DNA of 64,000 bases from Rubripirellula sp. (GTDB taxonomy: Bacteria > Planctomycetota > Planctomycetia > Pirellulales > Pirellulaceae): contig OZ244207.1 in NCBI GenBank assembly GCA_965216875.1, positions 5,536,001-5,600,000 of the forward strand, read 5' to 3'. Below the pieces are notes generated by a model, which saw only the letters and a program-made list of their open reading frames with translations, had not been told where the DNA came from and ran no database searches. Shown in pieces: positions 10,990-20,796 of the stretch. Numbering within the stretch: the first letter of the stretch is position 1; each line of letters opens with the position of its first letter. The position numbers and the translations under genes were made by a program.

Positions 10990-11592
10990 ATGCAACTGTT
11001 AACTGGAAATCTTCTCGTGGCTTCGGCGGACGTCAATGATCCCGTCTATAGCCGAGGTGTCTGTCTGATTGTCCATCACGACGAAGAAAACGTCATTGGC
11101 GTGATGCTCAATCGTCCCATGCAACCCAATCCCGCGGCGTTGATCAAGATGCTGAGCGACAATGAACCGCAGCCGGATCGGGCACTCATCGAAGCCGCCA
11201 AAGAACTGCCTCAGACAGCTGCACCTCTGGGGATGGTTCATTTTGGGGGTCCGCTCTCAGGCCCGGTGGTAGCGATTCATCCGATGAGCCAATTCGGTGA
11301 GGCAGAAACGGGCCAAGGGATCTATGTTGCTGCCCAGAAAGAGCACCTTGAAGAACTGGTGCGTGCCCAGCCTTGCCCTTACCGATTGATCGTTGGACAC
11401 CTGGGTTGGGAAACGGAACAATTACAATCAGAATTTGACACAGGACAGTGGCACCTGTTGCCGGCAACCGTCGATGTCGTTTTCTGTAACGCTCAAGAAA
11501 TGTGGCCCGGACTGATCCGGCGAGCGACAGCACGATCGATGGCTCACTGGCTGGACATCCCCGATGTCGCCAACGCCTACGAATTGAATTAG
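10990..11592 (+). CDS. YqgE/AlgH family protein
   Basis: GNLLVAS, GVMLNRP, HFGGP and GHLGWETEQLQSEF..GQW motifs. Confidence 0.88.
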   Translation: MQLLTGNLLVASADVNDPVYSRGVCLIVHHDEENVIGVMLNRPMQPNPAALIKMLSDNEPQPDRALIEAAKELPQTAAPLGMVHFGGPLSGPVVAIHPMSQFGEAETGQGIYVAAQKEHLEELVRAQPCPYRLIVGHLGWETEQLQSEFDTGQWHLLPATVDVVFCNAQEMWPGLIRRATARSMAHWLDIPDVANAYELN

Positions 11593-11680
11593 TCGGAACT
11601 CAACGAATCTCCGACCACCACCAAACCACCCTTTGCTCGCGACACCGGCCAGTGCGAGCCCCTCACCCACGAGTGCATTT

Positions 11681-12070
11681 GTGAATCAAACGGAAGACGA
11701 TCCTCCGAAAAAGAAGTTCCGCGTACAACGACGGCGACTTGGGTCGATCAAACGCTACTTTCCAGACAAGGAATTTGGCTTCATCGAGGGTGAAGATTTC
11801 CGAGACGATGTCTTCTTTCACCGTCGCGATTGGGAGGGTGTCCCTCGCGATGACGACAACGCAAGACCGGTTGAGCCCATCGAAGAGATGTGGGTTGAGT
11901 TCGAAATCGACGACGAGCTCTTTTCGACCGAAAAGAAGCTACGAGCCAAGGTCGTGCGACCGTCCAATCGTCCCGAAGGCCGCCGTTTGACGGCCAAGGA
12001 CGCGAACTTCGAATCGCCCCGTCATCATCCCAACGCGCGACGCAAACGCCCAACTTGGCGCAACAAATAG
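11681..12070 (+). CDS. Cold-shock (OB-fold) domain protein with basic C-terminal tail
   Basis: RNP1/RNP2-like motifs KEFGFI and DVFFH, and a tail HHPNARRKRPTWRNK. GTG start estimated. Confidence 0.75.
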   Translation: MNQTEDDPPKKKFRVQRRRLGSIKRYFPDKEFGFIEGEDFRDDVFFHRRDWEGVPRDDDNARPVEPIEEMWVEFEIDDELFSTEKKLRAKVVRPSNRPEGRRLTAKDANFESPRHHPNARRKRPTWRNK

Positions 12071-12092
12071 AGCGAGAGCATTGTTGGCATCC

Positions 12093-12132
12093 GTAGGCCG
12101 GATCAAGGAGCGACAGCGACACAGATCCGACA
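12093..12132 (+). repeat. REP-like family A: GTAGGCCGGATCAAGGAGCGACAGCGACACAGATCCGGCA
   Basis: Near-identical copies at 31189-31228, 38063-38103 and 63460-63499 (minus). GCCGGATC...GATCCGGC stem with a 5' GTAG. Confidence 0.85.
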
Positions 12133-12167
12133 TCATCACCGCCCCCACGCTCAAGCGAGCGTAGCTA

Positions 12168-14090
12168 CTACTCGTCAGCAGGTAGCTTGCCACCGCTGGC
12201 ACGTGCCTTGATCATCTCTTGCTCAAGTTCGTTGACCAGTGTTGGGTTGATGTGCTTCTGCAACAAATCGCGAGTGGTTTTGAACATCTCGTCGACCTTG
12301 CGCACTTGGTTCGGATTACGTCCGATCGCTTTGACGAAGAAGTCTTGTTTCTTGCCCATTTCGTTGGCCAGCTTTTCGTTGGTCGGACGATCCTTCAACG
12401 TCGCGAACAACTCTTCGGCTCGCTTGATCTCGCCCTTCTTGAGTCGCAACATGATTCGAGCTTTGTAGAGCTCGCGGATGGCAACCAGGTCAATGATCGA
12501 GTTCTGGACACCGCGAATGTAGGCCTCGGCTTGCAAACGCATGTCATCGCCGCTGATGTCGGCGATTTCAAGCTCGGTGAGGCCCGGAACCGTAGGCAAA
12601 CGAGCAAGCACGGCGCCGCCGTTCTTGACGTAGAACAACCGTAGCGGGTCATCCGTCCGTTTGACCCAAATACGTCCATTCCAATCGGTTCGACCGATGA
12701 AATCCATGTGTTTCGATTCGAGCTCGCGTTGATAGATCTCGTAGCCGATCAGCGGAAAATCGGGGTTACCTTTGGCGTGCAAACGGACGAGGGTTTCCTC
12801 GCCAAACGGCCGCACCTTCAACGCCATGCGAAATGTTCGATTGTTTTTGCGGCCCTGCAGTCCGCCGGGGCGGCCCGCATGAAAGTCCATCTTCAACTTG
12901 TCTTCATCCAACTCGTAGACATACAGGTACGCCCAGTCGATGGGTCCAATCAGAATCGGTCTTCCATTTCGGTCGTTCTTGCGAACCATCGGCTCGAGAA
13001 CATCATGCAATCCGACATAGCCCGGAGAGTCTTCACTCAGAATCAACCCGCCCGCCCGAAGTAGGCCGACAGCGTTTCGTTGTCCTGCATCTTCGATTCG
13101 AACCACCGGCGCAAACGCGCGAGTCAAGGCACGACCCACCGCAGGAATAAGCCCGTAGCGATCGGTCGATTCTTCAACAGCAACAGGTCCGAAATGGTGC
13201 ATCAGTGTGTCCATCTCGATGGCTTGGACTCGATGCGGGACGACTTGGTCGTCAACGTGGACAACAAAGATCTTGTCGTAGTTCTCTACCGCGTCGCTCA
13301 CCAACCCACTAACCGCAGGCGTAAGCAACTTGGCTTCGGGCTCGTCCAACCCAATGGCCATGCCACGTGACAACATGACCGCTTCGACATCGGGATCGCT
13401 CCACAATCCAGCAACATCACGTTCGTCACCGTCAATCGCCTGCAAACGATCCGCGACACCTTCAAGAGTCTCGTCGCCGAGATCAGCACCGCGTCGCTTT
13501 GCGTCGGCAATACGTCCCTTCGTTGCAGCGACGGTTTTAATCAGAGTCGCAACATTAGCCGCAACACGGATGCGAACCGACTCGGGGTGATCCTTCTTGA
13601 CTGCGATCACGGGATCGGACGCCGAAAGTGTGTCGAATGAAAACGACTTCATGTCGCGGTTGGCAATCGAACGCACCGATAGGGGCGCGTCCTTGATGTC
13701 CATCCGCCAAATCGCCGAAAAGTGGCGATCGAGATACTGGCGAAGTTCCTGATCGATTCCGGCAGCGTTGTATTGAGGATTGCTCGACACAACCCAAACC
13801 AAAACGCGGTACGGCCGGTAGTCCCAAGGTAACTCCTTGATCTCCGCAATCTCAGACGGCTCGGCTGGTTCGCCACTGGGATCATCGGGCAACGATGCCA
13901 CCGCATCGGCAATCGCAGACTCATCGCCAAGTGCGCCCGCTTGCCCTGCTTTCTCTGGGGCTGTCACCGCCTGATTCGAAGACTCTCCCTCTTGCGCTTG
14001 CAATGACGCTCCTGTCACCAGCAGCATCGCGGTAACAACAACAGCAACGCGCATCCAACGCGGTCGTTTTGGCTTCATCAAACTCATCAT
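12168..14090 (-). CDS. Large exported hypothetical protein; last gene of the ExbBD-containing operon
   Basis: About 640 aa with a signal peptide (RVAVVVTAMLLVTGASLQA). The start overlaps the upstream stop as ATGA at 14087-14090. Confidence 0.8.
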   Translation of the reverse strand: MMSLMKPKRPRWMRVAVVVTAMLLVTGASLQAQEGESSNQAVTAPEKAGQAGALGDESAIADAVASLPDDPSGEPAEPSEIAEIKELPWDYRPYRVLVWVVSSNPQYNAAGIDQELRQYLDRHFSAIWRMDIKDAPLSVRSIANRDMKSFSFDTLSASDPVIAVKKDHPESVRIRVAANVATLIKTVAATKGRIADAKRRGADLGDETLEGVADRLQAIDGDERDVAGLWSDPDVEAVMLSRGMAIGLDEPEAKLLTPAVSGLVSDAVENYDKIFVVHVDDQVVPHRVQAIEMDTLMHHFGPVAVEESTDRYGLIPAVGRALTRAFAPVVRIEDAGQRNAVGLLRAGGLILSEDSPGYVGLHDVLEPMVRKNDRNGRPILIGPIDWAYLYVYELDEDKLKMDFHAGRPGGLQGRKNNRTFRMALKVRPFGEETLVRLHAKGNPDFPLIGYEIYQRELESKHMDFIGRTDWNGRIWVKRTDDPLRLFYVKNGGAVLARLPTVPGLTELEIADISGDDMRLQAEAYIRGVQNSIIDLVAIRELYKARIMLRLKKGEIKRAEELFATLKDRPTNEKLANEMGKKQDFFVKAIGRNPNQVRKVDEMFKTTRDLLQKHINPTLVNELEQEMIKARASGGKLPADE

Positions 14091-16438
14091 AGTCCTAACC
14101 GCCATCGCCCAGCGTTTTGATACAGCGTCACGATATCGCTCCCGACTCCTGTCAATTCCTTTCGGTAGGCGTACGAATCGACCATTTGCCAAAGGGGCAA
14201 CACTGGCAACTCGTTATGAACGATAAAGTGCAAATCGAGCAAACGGTCGCGAATCTGTCGCCAGTTCTTCGCTTCTTCTAGTCGACGCAAACCGAGGCCA
14301 ACAAGCTGGTCTTCGCTACCCGCGAGTCCCTCGGGTCCGAGAATGCGACGCGCGTCAATAATCGGTTCCCAAATTGCGGCGGCCACGTAGACGATGTCGG
14401 CAACATCTTTCTTTGGAAACGATTCGCCGACAGGCAGTTGAACAAGCTCGACATCGAGACCGATCAATTCCCATTGCGTGCGAATCGCTTCACAAGCAAC
14501 TCGGGACATGTTGTCCGCTGGAAACGCCAAGCGAATGGGCGTCATCTTCGGCATCTCGTCCTTGTTTCGTTCCGCGATCGACTTCATCTGGCTCTTGTTC
14601 ATTTCGACCAATAACTGAGCGAGCGGCGGCTCATATCGGCGGGGATTGATCGTTTGGTCGTAGGCGTAGCCGAGCGGATCATTGAGCGTCATACCAGCAG
14701 GAAACGGACCGGACAGCACACGGCATCCTTCCGTTTCCAATCCCTCAAGCAATTCGCCATTCAAAATGTCTTCGCGATTGATGCCATAAAGCAGAGCACG
14801 TCGAAACGTCCGTTCCGCGATGTAGGGATGATCCGAACACGGCACGAGCATGTGAACGGTTGGCAATGGATAGTTTGCGACAACGATTTTGTCACTCTGC
14901 TTCAGTCGCACGGCGTCGGCAGGGAAAAGCTGATCCAACACATCCACTTCGCCTTGCAACAACTTGCTCACACCCTGCGAAGCCGACTCGCTGCGAACTT
15001 CGACGATCTCACGCGGTTGCGTCGGAGTCTCGGGCTCGCCAGTCAAAATGTATCGAACGATTTCATCCTCGACCAAATCACGGCGATAATCGCCCGTTGG
15101 CGAATTGGGTTTGCCGCCAAACCAACTCCCGTCGACCGGAATCTGCAGCAGCGAAATGGGCATCACGTGGGGACGTCGCAGCCGAAAATTCACTTGCTTG
15201 GGGCCTTTCAACTCGATCGAGTCGACAACGGCCGCCCAGGGCGAAAAGTAGAGGTCACTGCCCTGCTTGGCACGTTCCGCCATCACGTCGGCCAAGAACG
15301 GAGCGCGAATGCGGTTGAGGGGTTCTTCAAGCGCATCAGGGTCAATCAACAAATCGAATTGCATCCGGTCCGCCGTCATTTCGGTATCGCCAAAGATGAA
15401 CTCGTATTCGCCACCTTCGGGACCGGCATCTTGGATTTCGAACAAGATTCGATAGAGCAAACGACCGCTGCGGCGCGATGCCCAGTTGTCAATCTGTGTT
15501 GGGTCCAACTCGGTTGCCGACTGCAACACACCGACGTTGATCATCGGATAGGTTTCGTGAATCTGACGAATCAGCTCTCGGCCACCTGAAATATCGGGTT
15601 TGAGATAGATGCTTTCGAATGCCAGCTTGCGGGCTTTGCGGTAGTCCTTTTGCTCGAACGCAGCAATCGCTTCGCGGCGTTTCTCTTGTGCCATCCCTAG
15701 GAAGGTCCCGTTCCACTTGGCCACCGACTCAAATCGGTCGTTGACATAGTCGTCCTCAATTCGAGACAACAGCTGCTGAGCCAAATCGAGTTCGCCTTCG
15801 CCAACCAATTTCTCCATCAGTCGATCGATCGTCTTATCCATTGCGCTAAGCACGGCAGACGTTTTGTATTCGGGAGCGTAGCGGCGAAGCTCTTCAAGCA
15901 TGGTCAACGTCGGAGCGAGCTCACCACGCTTGGCACGTTCGACCGCGTCTTTCCAAAGAAACTCACAACGAATATCACGGAGCCCGGGTAGGTTCGGGTA
16001 GTCACGAATCAAAATCGACAAGAAGGGATAGGCGCCAACAAAATCACCCTTGGCGATACGCTCACGGGTCTCGCGTTCCAGGCGCACTTCCCAAAGATCG
16101 ATATCCTTGATCTCGGACCACTTCACCGAGAAGTACTTGGCTTCGATTCCGATGACTTGGATCTTGAGCGCACCGCGTTTGGTTGCCGGTATCTTTCGCC
16201 CAGGAAACTCAAGCAGTCGTACTTTGGCCCATCCACCTCCCGAGGCCTCGCTCAGGAAAAGCAAGTCGTGTGGTTCTTCCTGCAGCAGCTCCAAGCCTGG
16301 ATCCGCTGGCTTGCCCGTCTCGGCATAGTTGAGAATTTGGGCATGGACCGATTGCACGTAGCACGTAACCAGCAACAGGGCACAGCCAATCGAAAGAAGT
16401 CGAGTTGCTCGCGACATAGGAACCGATGTTTGAATCAC
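14087..16438 (-). CDS. Family-5 (oligopeptide/nickel-type) solute-binding-like protein with an N-terminal helical-repeat region
   Basis: Signal peptide, then an alpha-helical region, then SBP_bac_5-like motifs: TELDP, PTGDY, LLQGEVDVL, FRRALLYGINREDI, AIRTQWELIGLDVEL and NELPVLPLW. Confidence 0.75.
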   Translation of the reverse strand: MIQTSVPMSRATRLLSIGCALLLVTCYVQSVHAQILNYAETGKPADPGLELLQEEPHDLLFLSEASGGGWAKVRLLEFPGRKIPATKRGALKIQVIGIEAKYFSVKWSEIKDIDLWEVRLERETRERIAKGDFVGAYPFLSILIRDYPNLPGLRDIRCEFLWKDAVERAKRGELAPTLTMLEELRRYAPEYKTSAVLSAMDKTIDRLMEKLVGEGELDLAQQLLSRIEDDYVNDRFESVAKWNGTFLGMAQEKRREAIAAFEQKDYRKARKLAFESIYLKPDISGGRELIRQIHETYPMINVGVLQSATELDPTQIDNWASRRSGRLLYRILFEIQDAGPEGGEYEFIFGDTEMTADRMQFDLLIDPDALEEPLNRIRAPFLADVMAERAKQGSDLYFSPWAAVVDSIELKGPKQVNFRLRRPHVMPISLLQIPVDGSWFGGKPNSPTGDYRRDLVEDEIVRYILTGEPETPTQPREIVEVRSESASQGVSKLLQGEVDVLDQLFPADAVRLKQSDKIVVANYPLPTVHMLVPCSDHPYIAERTFRRALLYGINREDILNGELLEGLETEGCRVLSGPFPAGMTLNDPLGYAYDQTINPRRYEPPLAQLLVEMNKSQMKSIAERNKDEMPKMTPIRLAFPADNMSRVACEAIRTQWELIGLDVELVQLPVGESFPKKDVADIVYVAAAIWEPIIDARRILGPEGLAGSEDQLVGLGLRRLEEAKNWRQIRDRLLDLHFIVHNELPVLPLWQMVDSYAYRKELTGVGSDIVTLYQNAGRWRLGL

Positions 16439-16502
16439 TGGGTGTTTTCTTCAAGTACTGCCCAACAGAGGCAGTGCGGACTATTTCAATGGTAAGCGTG
16501 GT

Positions 16503-19500
16503 CTAAGCACCTGGGATTTTGATGATGTAAACCACACCCTCGGCACCGGGCACCAGCATCGACGTCCCCGCAATCAACGGCGTCGCCGAAATGGGCTCGC
16601 CCAAATCGCTTTCGCCAACGATTTGACCGCTCGATTTGTCAATCGCAACAATCCAACCGCTTTGGCCACAGACAACAATGTTCTCTCCCACCAGCAATGG
16701 CTTACCGACAGGTGTGCCTTGCGGAAGTTCCACTTCGAACTGTTGCGAGCCATCTTCAGAAATGGCGCGTAACATCTGGTCGTCTGTTTGAATCAAGCAG
16801 GTTCCATTCGCGGCAATCGGCCCCCAAACCACACGGCCATTGAGCAGGGTTCGAAACTTCTCATCCAAGGAAACCAAATTGTGACCAACCACATAATCGG
16901 CTGATGGGCCGGTGAAGGTCGCAAAGAACGTGTTGCCGACGCCCGCGGCAGGTCCAATGAACTTGAATTCAAGGTCCTTTGACGCCAGCTGCCGGATTTG
17001 TTCTTTCGACTTCGCTCGCAAGCGGTAGATCTTTTTCCGACTATCAGCGATCACGACCTGCTCAGGGTCGCTAGGCAACATCACGGCTGTCGACCAACTC
17101 ACTTCCGAAGCCGGGTCGCTTGCGGGTTGGAACGGAGCTGCGTTTTCAACTCCGGTCCGGTAGTCCACCATCACGACTCTGCCGTTGGAAAGAGGCAGCA
17201 ACAAGCCGCCACCAACGATGGCTGCACCACCACTGAGGTCTGCATCGTGAATACCAAGTTTGACCGCGCGTAACCATTCGCTTTGACGCTCAGGGGCATA
17301 GACCAACACGTGACTCTTGGTCGTTTGGTTGATCATCACGCTCTTGTTGGGTCCCGCGTCCATCGGATCGGTATAGAGACTCGTGATCTGCTTCGACCCT
17401 GGATTTTCGATCGGCCCGGCGGTCGACCCATTGGCAAGCTCGTCGCGGCCTAAACTGAACAGTGCCGCTTGGCTGGTCACCACATGAACGCCTGAACCTG
17501 GCGCCTGTGTGATCATCGAAACAGGAACGCCAACATCGGTGCGCCAGATCTCGTCTCCCGACTTTGGATCCACACAGGTGACGCGAATCGTCTTGGTGCC
17601 ACGGAGCATGCGTGAGTAGACGAGTGCACCATCGACGGCAAAGGGACGGCCGATGAATGTGTCGTGAGCATGGTGGTCCCAACCGCGAACGACACTTCCG
17701 GTGTTGATCTGCAATTCGAAGCGTCCGACAGACGCCCCGGTGATCCACATTTGCGAACCTTCCACCGCCATCTGAGTCCTGGTCGGCTTGTTCATGAACG
17801 GAGCGCTACTCGCGGCGAGCGTTACCTTTTCGCTGTCCTCTGCCGTGGGTTCGATATCGTAAACAGCGACCTCGCCATGATCGGTCAAGACAATCAATCG
17901 CCGGCCCTGAATGATCGGGCTGACGGTCACGTTTCCATTCAAACGAAACGGCTGTTGCGCACGCTCGAGGCTTGCACCCTCGCCGTCAAACTTCAGGACA
18001 TGGATGTTGCAAAAATCGGTGCCTGCGTTTTCGATCACAAACAGATGCCCAAGCAAGGCAACTGGCGAAACCGCGATCGTTCCTTCGGCGTGGCCAACGT
18101 AGAAGCTCTCGACGCACGACCCGTCATCTGAATTGATCACATACAGATTGCTATGGTTACCAGGCAAATAGGCTTTGCTGTAACTGCCGATCCCCGGCCC
18201 CACTTCGATCGGCTGAGGAATCTGAGTGACCCAATTGGCTTCACCGGAGTCGGCGTCCAGTTTGACCAATCGGCCCGAGTGTGCCGATACGTAGATGTCG
18301 TCACGCCGAACAACCGGCTCGCTGAACGACTCGTCAATCTTGGTTCGCCATCGCACCTCGCCGTCCTCGGCTTCACAGCGCATCACGTCGCGGGTTGACG
18401 AGTCGGAAAGGATCACCGCCCGTCCCTTGCTGATCCGCACCGGTGGCAGGTCCTTTGCATAACCGACAAAACGGCGCCACTTCAATTTGCCATATTCACC
18501 ATCGAAGGCCAAAACCGAACCGCCGGCCCTGAGGTACAGTGTTTCGCCAACCAAGTCTCCACTGCGATCGCCACTTGGCGTTGTCAGCACGATCGCGCGG
18601 GCGTCGGCACCGTTTTGAACATCGGCGACAAGCTTTGGCAGGTTGGCGGAGGGCTCAACAAGCTTCTGCTGAATCCCGCTCGCTTCTCGAATCAGACTGA
18701 TAAGGCGTTCGTTGTCGAACAGTTCGGGATAATCACGCAGCAAACGTTTGCGGATGTCATACGCGCGTTTGGTGTTCGTTTCGGCGAGCGACTCTTTCAT
18801 CGACGCTTCCGATTCGTCAAGCGAAACGTTGCGATTGATGTCGCGTTCAACACGCTTGCGATCTTCCATCACCGAATCGATTTGAGCGGCCAAGGATGCT
18901 CGCACGGTTGCGGTGATGTAGTTCGAATCGTTGGTGTACTCGATTTGCTGATCGAGTTTTTCGAGCAGGTCACGCTTCTTTTCGGTGTCAGGCTCGTCGA
19001 CCGCATTCTCTGCAATGTTCTTGGCGACGCTGACCAGCAACTGAGCCAAGTTGGCGCGTTCCTGGTTTAGACCATCTTCATTCTCCTTCTCGATCAGCGG
19101 CAGTTGCTCGGCCTCGATCTCGAGAGCACGCCCAGGATCATTACGAAACTCAGCCGCTCGGTAGAGATTGGTCATCGCGATGCGTGTTCGCGAAATCGAC
19201 GAGTACTGGTGATTTTGACCGTACGAGTCAAGAAACTGGTTGTAAGCACCTTGAGCCTGACTGTAGTTCTGCTGTTCGTAGAACTTGTGGGCGCGACCGA
19301 TCACGGTATCGGCATCTTCGCGTGAGAGAACGAATGCGATCCCTGACCCAATGAGAATCAACAGGATGATGATTCCGGCGTACCCATAGATCTTGAACGA
19401 GTCCCAGACCGACTTTTCCGGATCGGCCTTTTTAACGCGTGACTCGGGGCGAGCGGCGGGAGCATCACCATTGCCGTTGGCTTCAGCTACCATCGCATCA

Positions 19501-19892
19501 CCGACGCTCATCGGCTCGGCAGCAACCGGCACGGCCGCGACAGGCATCGCTTCGACAGGCATGGCCTCGACGGCAGCATCCATCGGCTCCGCTTCAACGA
19601 CCGCCTCGACAACATCGTCTGCATCTTCCGGAACGATATCGAGTTCTTCGACACCAGCGGTCAGATCGGCCTCTTCGGCATCGTCTTCATCGTATTGGCC
19701 GCTTCGCAATTCGCCGATCAATTTCGTGGCTTGAAAATGAGTCAATTGACCATTGTCGACCAACAGTTTTGCGACGGCTTCGGGAGTGACTCGCGTTCCA
19801 CCTTGCGCGAGTTGTTCGCGTAGCGCTTCGATGATCTCTTGGTCCAATAGGCCAAGTCTTTCGAGCCGATCGATCAATTCGTTTGCAAGCAT
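16503..19892 (-). CDS. Single-pass membrane protein with PQQ-like/BamB-type beta-propeller repeats
   Basis: One TM helix (YAGIIILLILIGSGIAFVL), a TPR-like helical part, and repeated A/L-D-x-x-x-G-x-x-x-W blades (FDGEYGKLKW, AEDGEVRW, LDADSGEANW, VDPKSGDEIW). Confidence 0.82.
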   Translation of the reverse strand: MLANELIDRLERLGLLDQEIIEALREQLAQGGTRVTPEAVAKLLVDNGQLTHFQATKLIGELRSGQYDEDDAEEADLTAGVEELDIVPEDADDVVEAVVEAEPMDAAVEAMPVEAMPVAAVPVAAEPMSVGDAMVAEANGNGDAPAARPESRVKKADPEKSVWDSFKIYGYAGIIILLILIGSGIAFVLSREDADTVIGRAHKFYEQQNYSQAQGAYNQFLDSYGQNHQYSSISRTRIAMTNLYRAAEFRNDPGRALEIEAEQLPLIEKENEDGLNQERANLAQLLVSVAKNIAENAVDEPDTEKKRDLLEKLDQQIEYTNDSNYITATVRASLAAQIDSVMEDRKRVERDINRNVSLDESEASMKESLAETNTKRAYDIRKRLLRDYPELFDNERLISLIREASGIQQKLVEPSANLPKLVADVQNGADARAIVLTTPSGDRSGDLVGETLYLRAGGSVLAFDGEYGKLKWRRFVGYAKDLPPVRISKGRAVILSDSSTRDVMRCEAEDGEVRWRTKIDESFSEPVVRRDDIYVSAHSGRLVKLDADSGEANWVTQIPQPIEVGPGIGSYSKAYLPGNHSNLYVINSDDGSCVESFYVGHAEGTIAVSPVALLGHLFVIENAGTDFCNIHVLKFDGEGASLERAQQPFRLNGNVTVSPIIQGRRLIVLTDHGEVAVYDIEPTAEDSEKVTLAASSAPFMNKPTRTQMAVEGSQMWITGASVGRFELQINTGSVVRGWDHHAHDTFIGRPFAVDGALVYSRMLRGTKTIRVTCVDPKSGDEIWRTDVGVPVSMITQAPGSGVHVVTSQAALFSLGRDELANGSTAGPIENPGSKQITSLYTDPMDAGPNKSVMINQTTKSHVLVYAPERQSEWLRAVKLGIHDADLSGGAAIVGGGLLLPLSNGRVVMVDYRTGVENAAPFQPASDPASEVSWSTAVMLPSDPEQVVIADSRKKIYRLRAKSKEQIRQLASKDLEFKFIGPAAGVGNTFFATFTGPSADYVVGHNLVSLDEKFRTLLNGRVVWGPIAANGTCLIQTDDQMLRAISEDGSQQFEVELPQGTPVGKPLLVGENIVVCGQSGWIVAIDKSSGQIVGESDLGEPISATPLIAGTSMLVPGAEGVVYIIKIPGA

Positions 19893-19971
19893 GAGTGCCT
19901 GTCTATCCGTTTGAGCTTTAAGTGTGATTTGTTTGTGTTCGGCACAAGCCGATGGGTTTGTCGCACGGCGA

Positions 19972-20730
19972 TCAGTCGAACTCTTCGACTTGCGTGACTT
20001 CGAGTTCCGCATAGCCGGCGATTGTGCCTGCGTCCATCGCATCGACGAGATGCCGAAGCTTGGCCAACTCGTGCACTTTGACAATCAACCGCATGCCATC
20101 CGTGTTGCCCCCAATGGCTTCTTTCAAAACCGTGATCAGGTTCTGCTTGCCCGCCGCGTCCCTTTCCCAATCAGGAGCGAGGACGAGGAAGCCGCCAAAT
20201 TCGTCGACCTGGACTTCAACCATGTCCAGCTCTTCCTGCTCTTCTTCAACCACCGACGTACTGGGCGCGTCGGTTTGTTGGCGCGGCATTTCGATCGACT
20301 TCTGCAAACTAAACGCAGCCGTCACCATGAAGAAGATCAGCAGCAAAAACGTGACGTCGACCATCGGCGTCATGTCGAGCTCTTCTTCTTCGCGCGGCTT
20401 GCGATCAAAAACGGGCTCGTCATCTTCTTCGTCGTCAACCGCAGGTGGCGCTGCGGATGCAACTCCAGCAACCGGCGACGCCGCGACTGCTGTCGCTGCA
20501 ACGGGAGCCGCATCGACCGCCACAGCTTCGACCGCCACAGCTTCGACGGGTGTTGCTTCCACCGCCTCGACGGGCGTTGCTTCCACCGCGACCGCTTCGA
20601 CGGGAACCGCATCTTGTTCGGGCACATGCACCGCGGAATCACACTGGGGGCAGCGCACTCGACGCCCGGCCAACCGATCGTTGACTTGGTGAGTCGTTCC
20701 GCATTCCAGACAGGTGACTTCGATAGACAT
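19972..20730 (-). CDS. exbD: ExbD/TolR family protein with N-terminal zinc ribbon and low-complexity linker
   Basis: CLECG...CPQC, an EAVAV/EATPV linker, then the LDMTPMVDVTFLLLIFFMV TM helix with the conserved Asp. Confidence 0.9.
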   Translation of the reverse strand: MSIEVTCLECGTTHQVNDRLAGRRVRCPQCDSAVHVPEQDAVPVEAVAVEATPVEAVEATPVEAVAVEAVAVDAAPVAATAVAASPVAGVASAAPPAVDDEEDDEPVFDRKPREEEELDMTPMVDVTFLLLIFFMVTAAFSLQKSIEMPRQQTDAPSTSVVEEEQEELDMVEVQVDEFGGFLVLAPDWERDAAGKQNLITVLKEAIGGNTDGMRLIVKVHELAKLRHLVDAMDAGTIAGYAELEVTQVEEFD

Positions 20731-20796
20731 GGCTTGCCGTGAGGCGATAAGTGAAGGTGTAGGAGGTTGTCTTAGGTGGCAGCGATCTTGCCAGGC

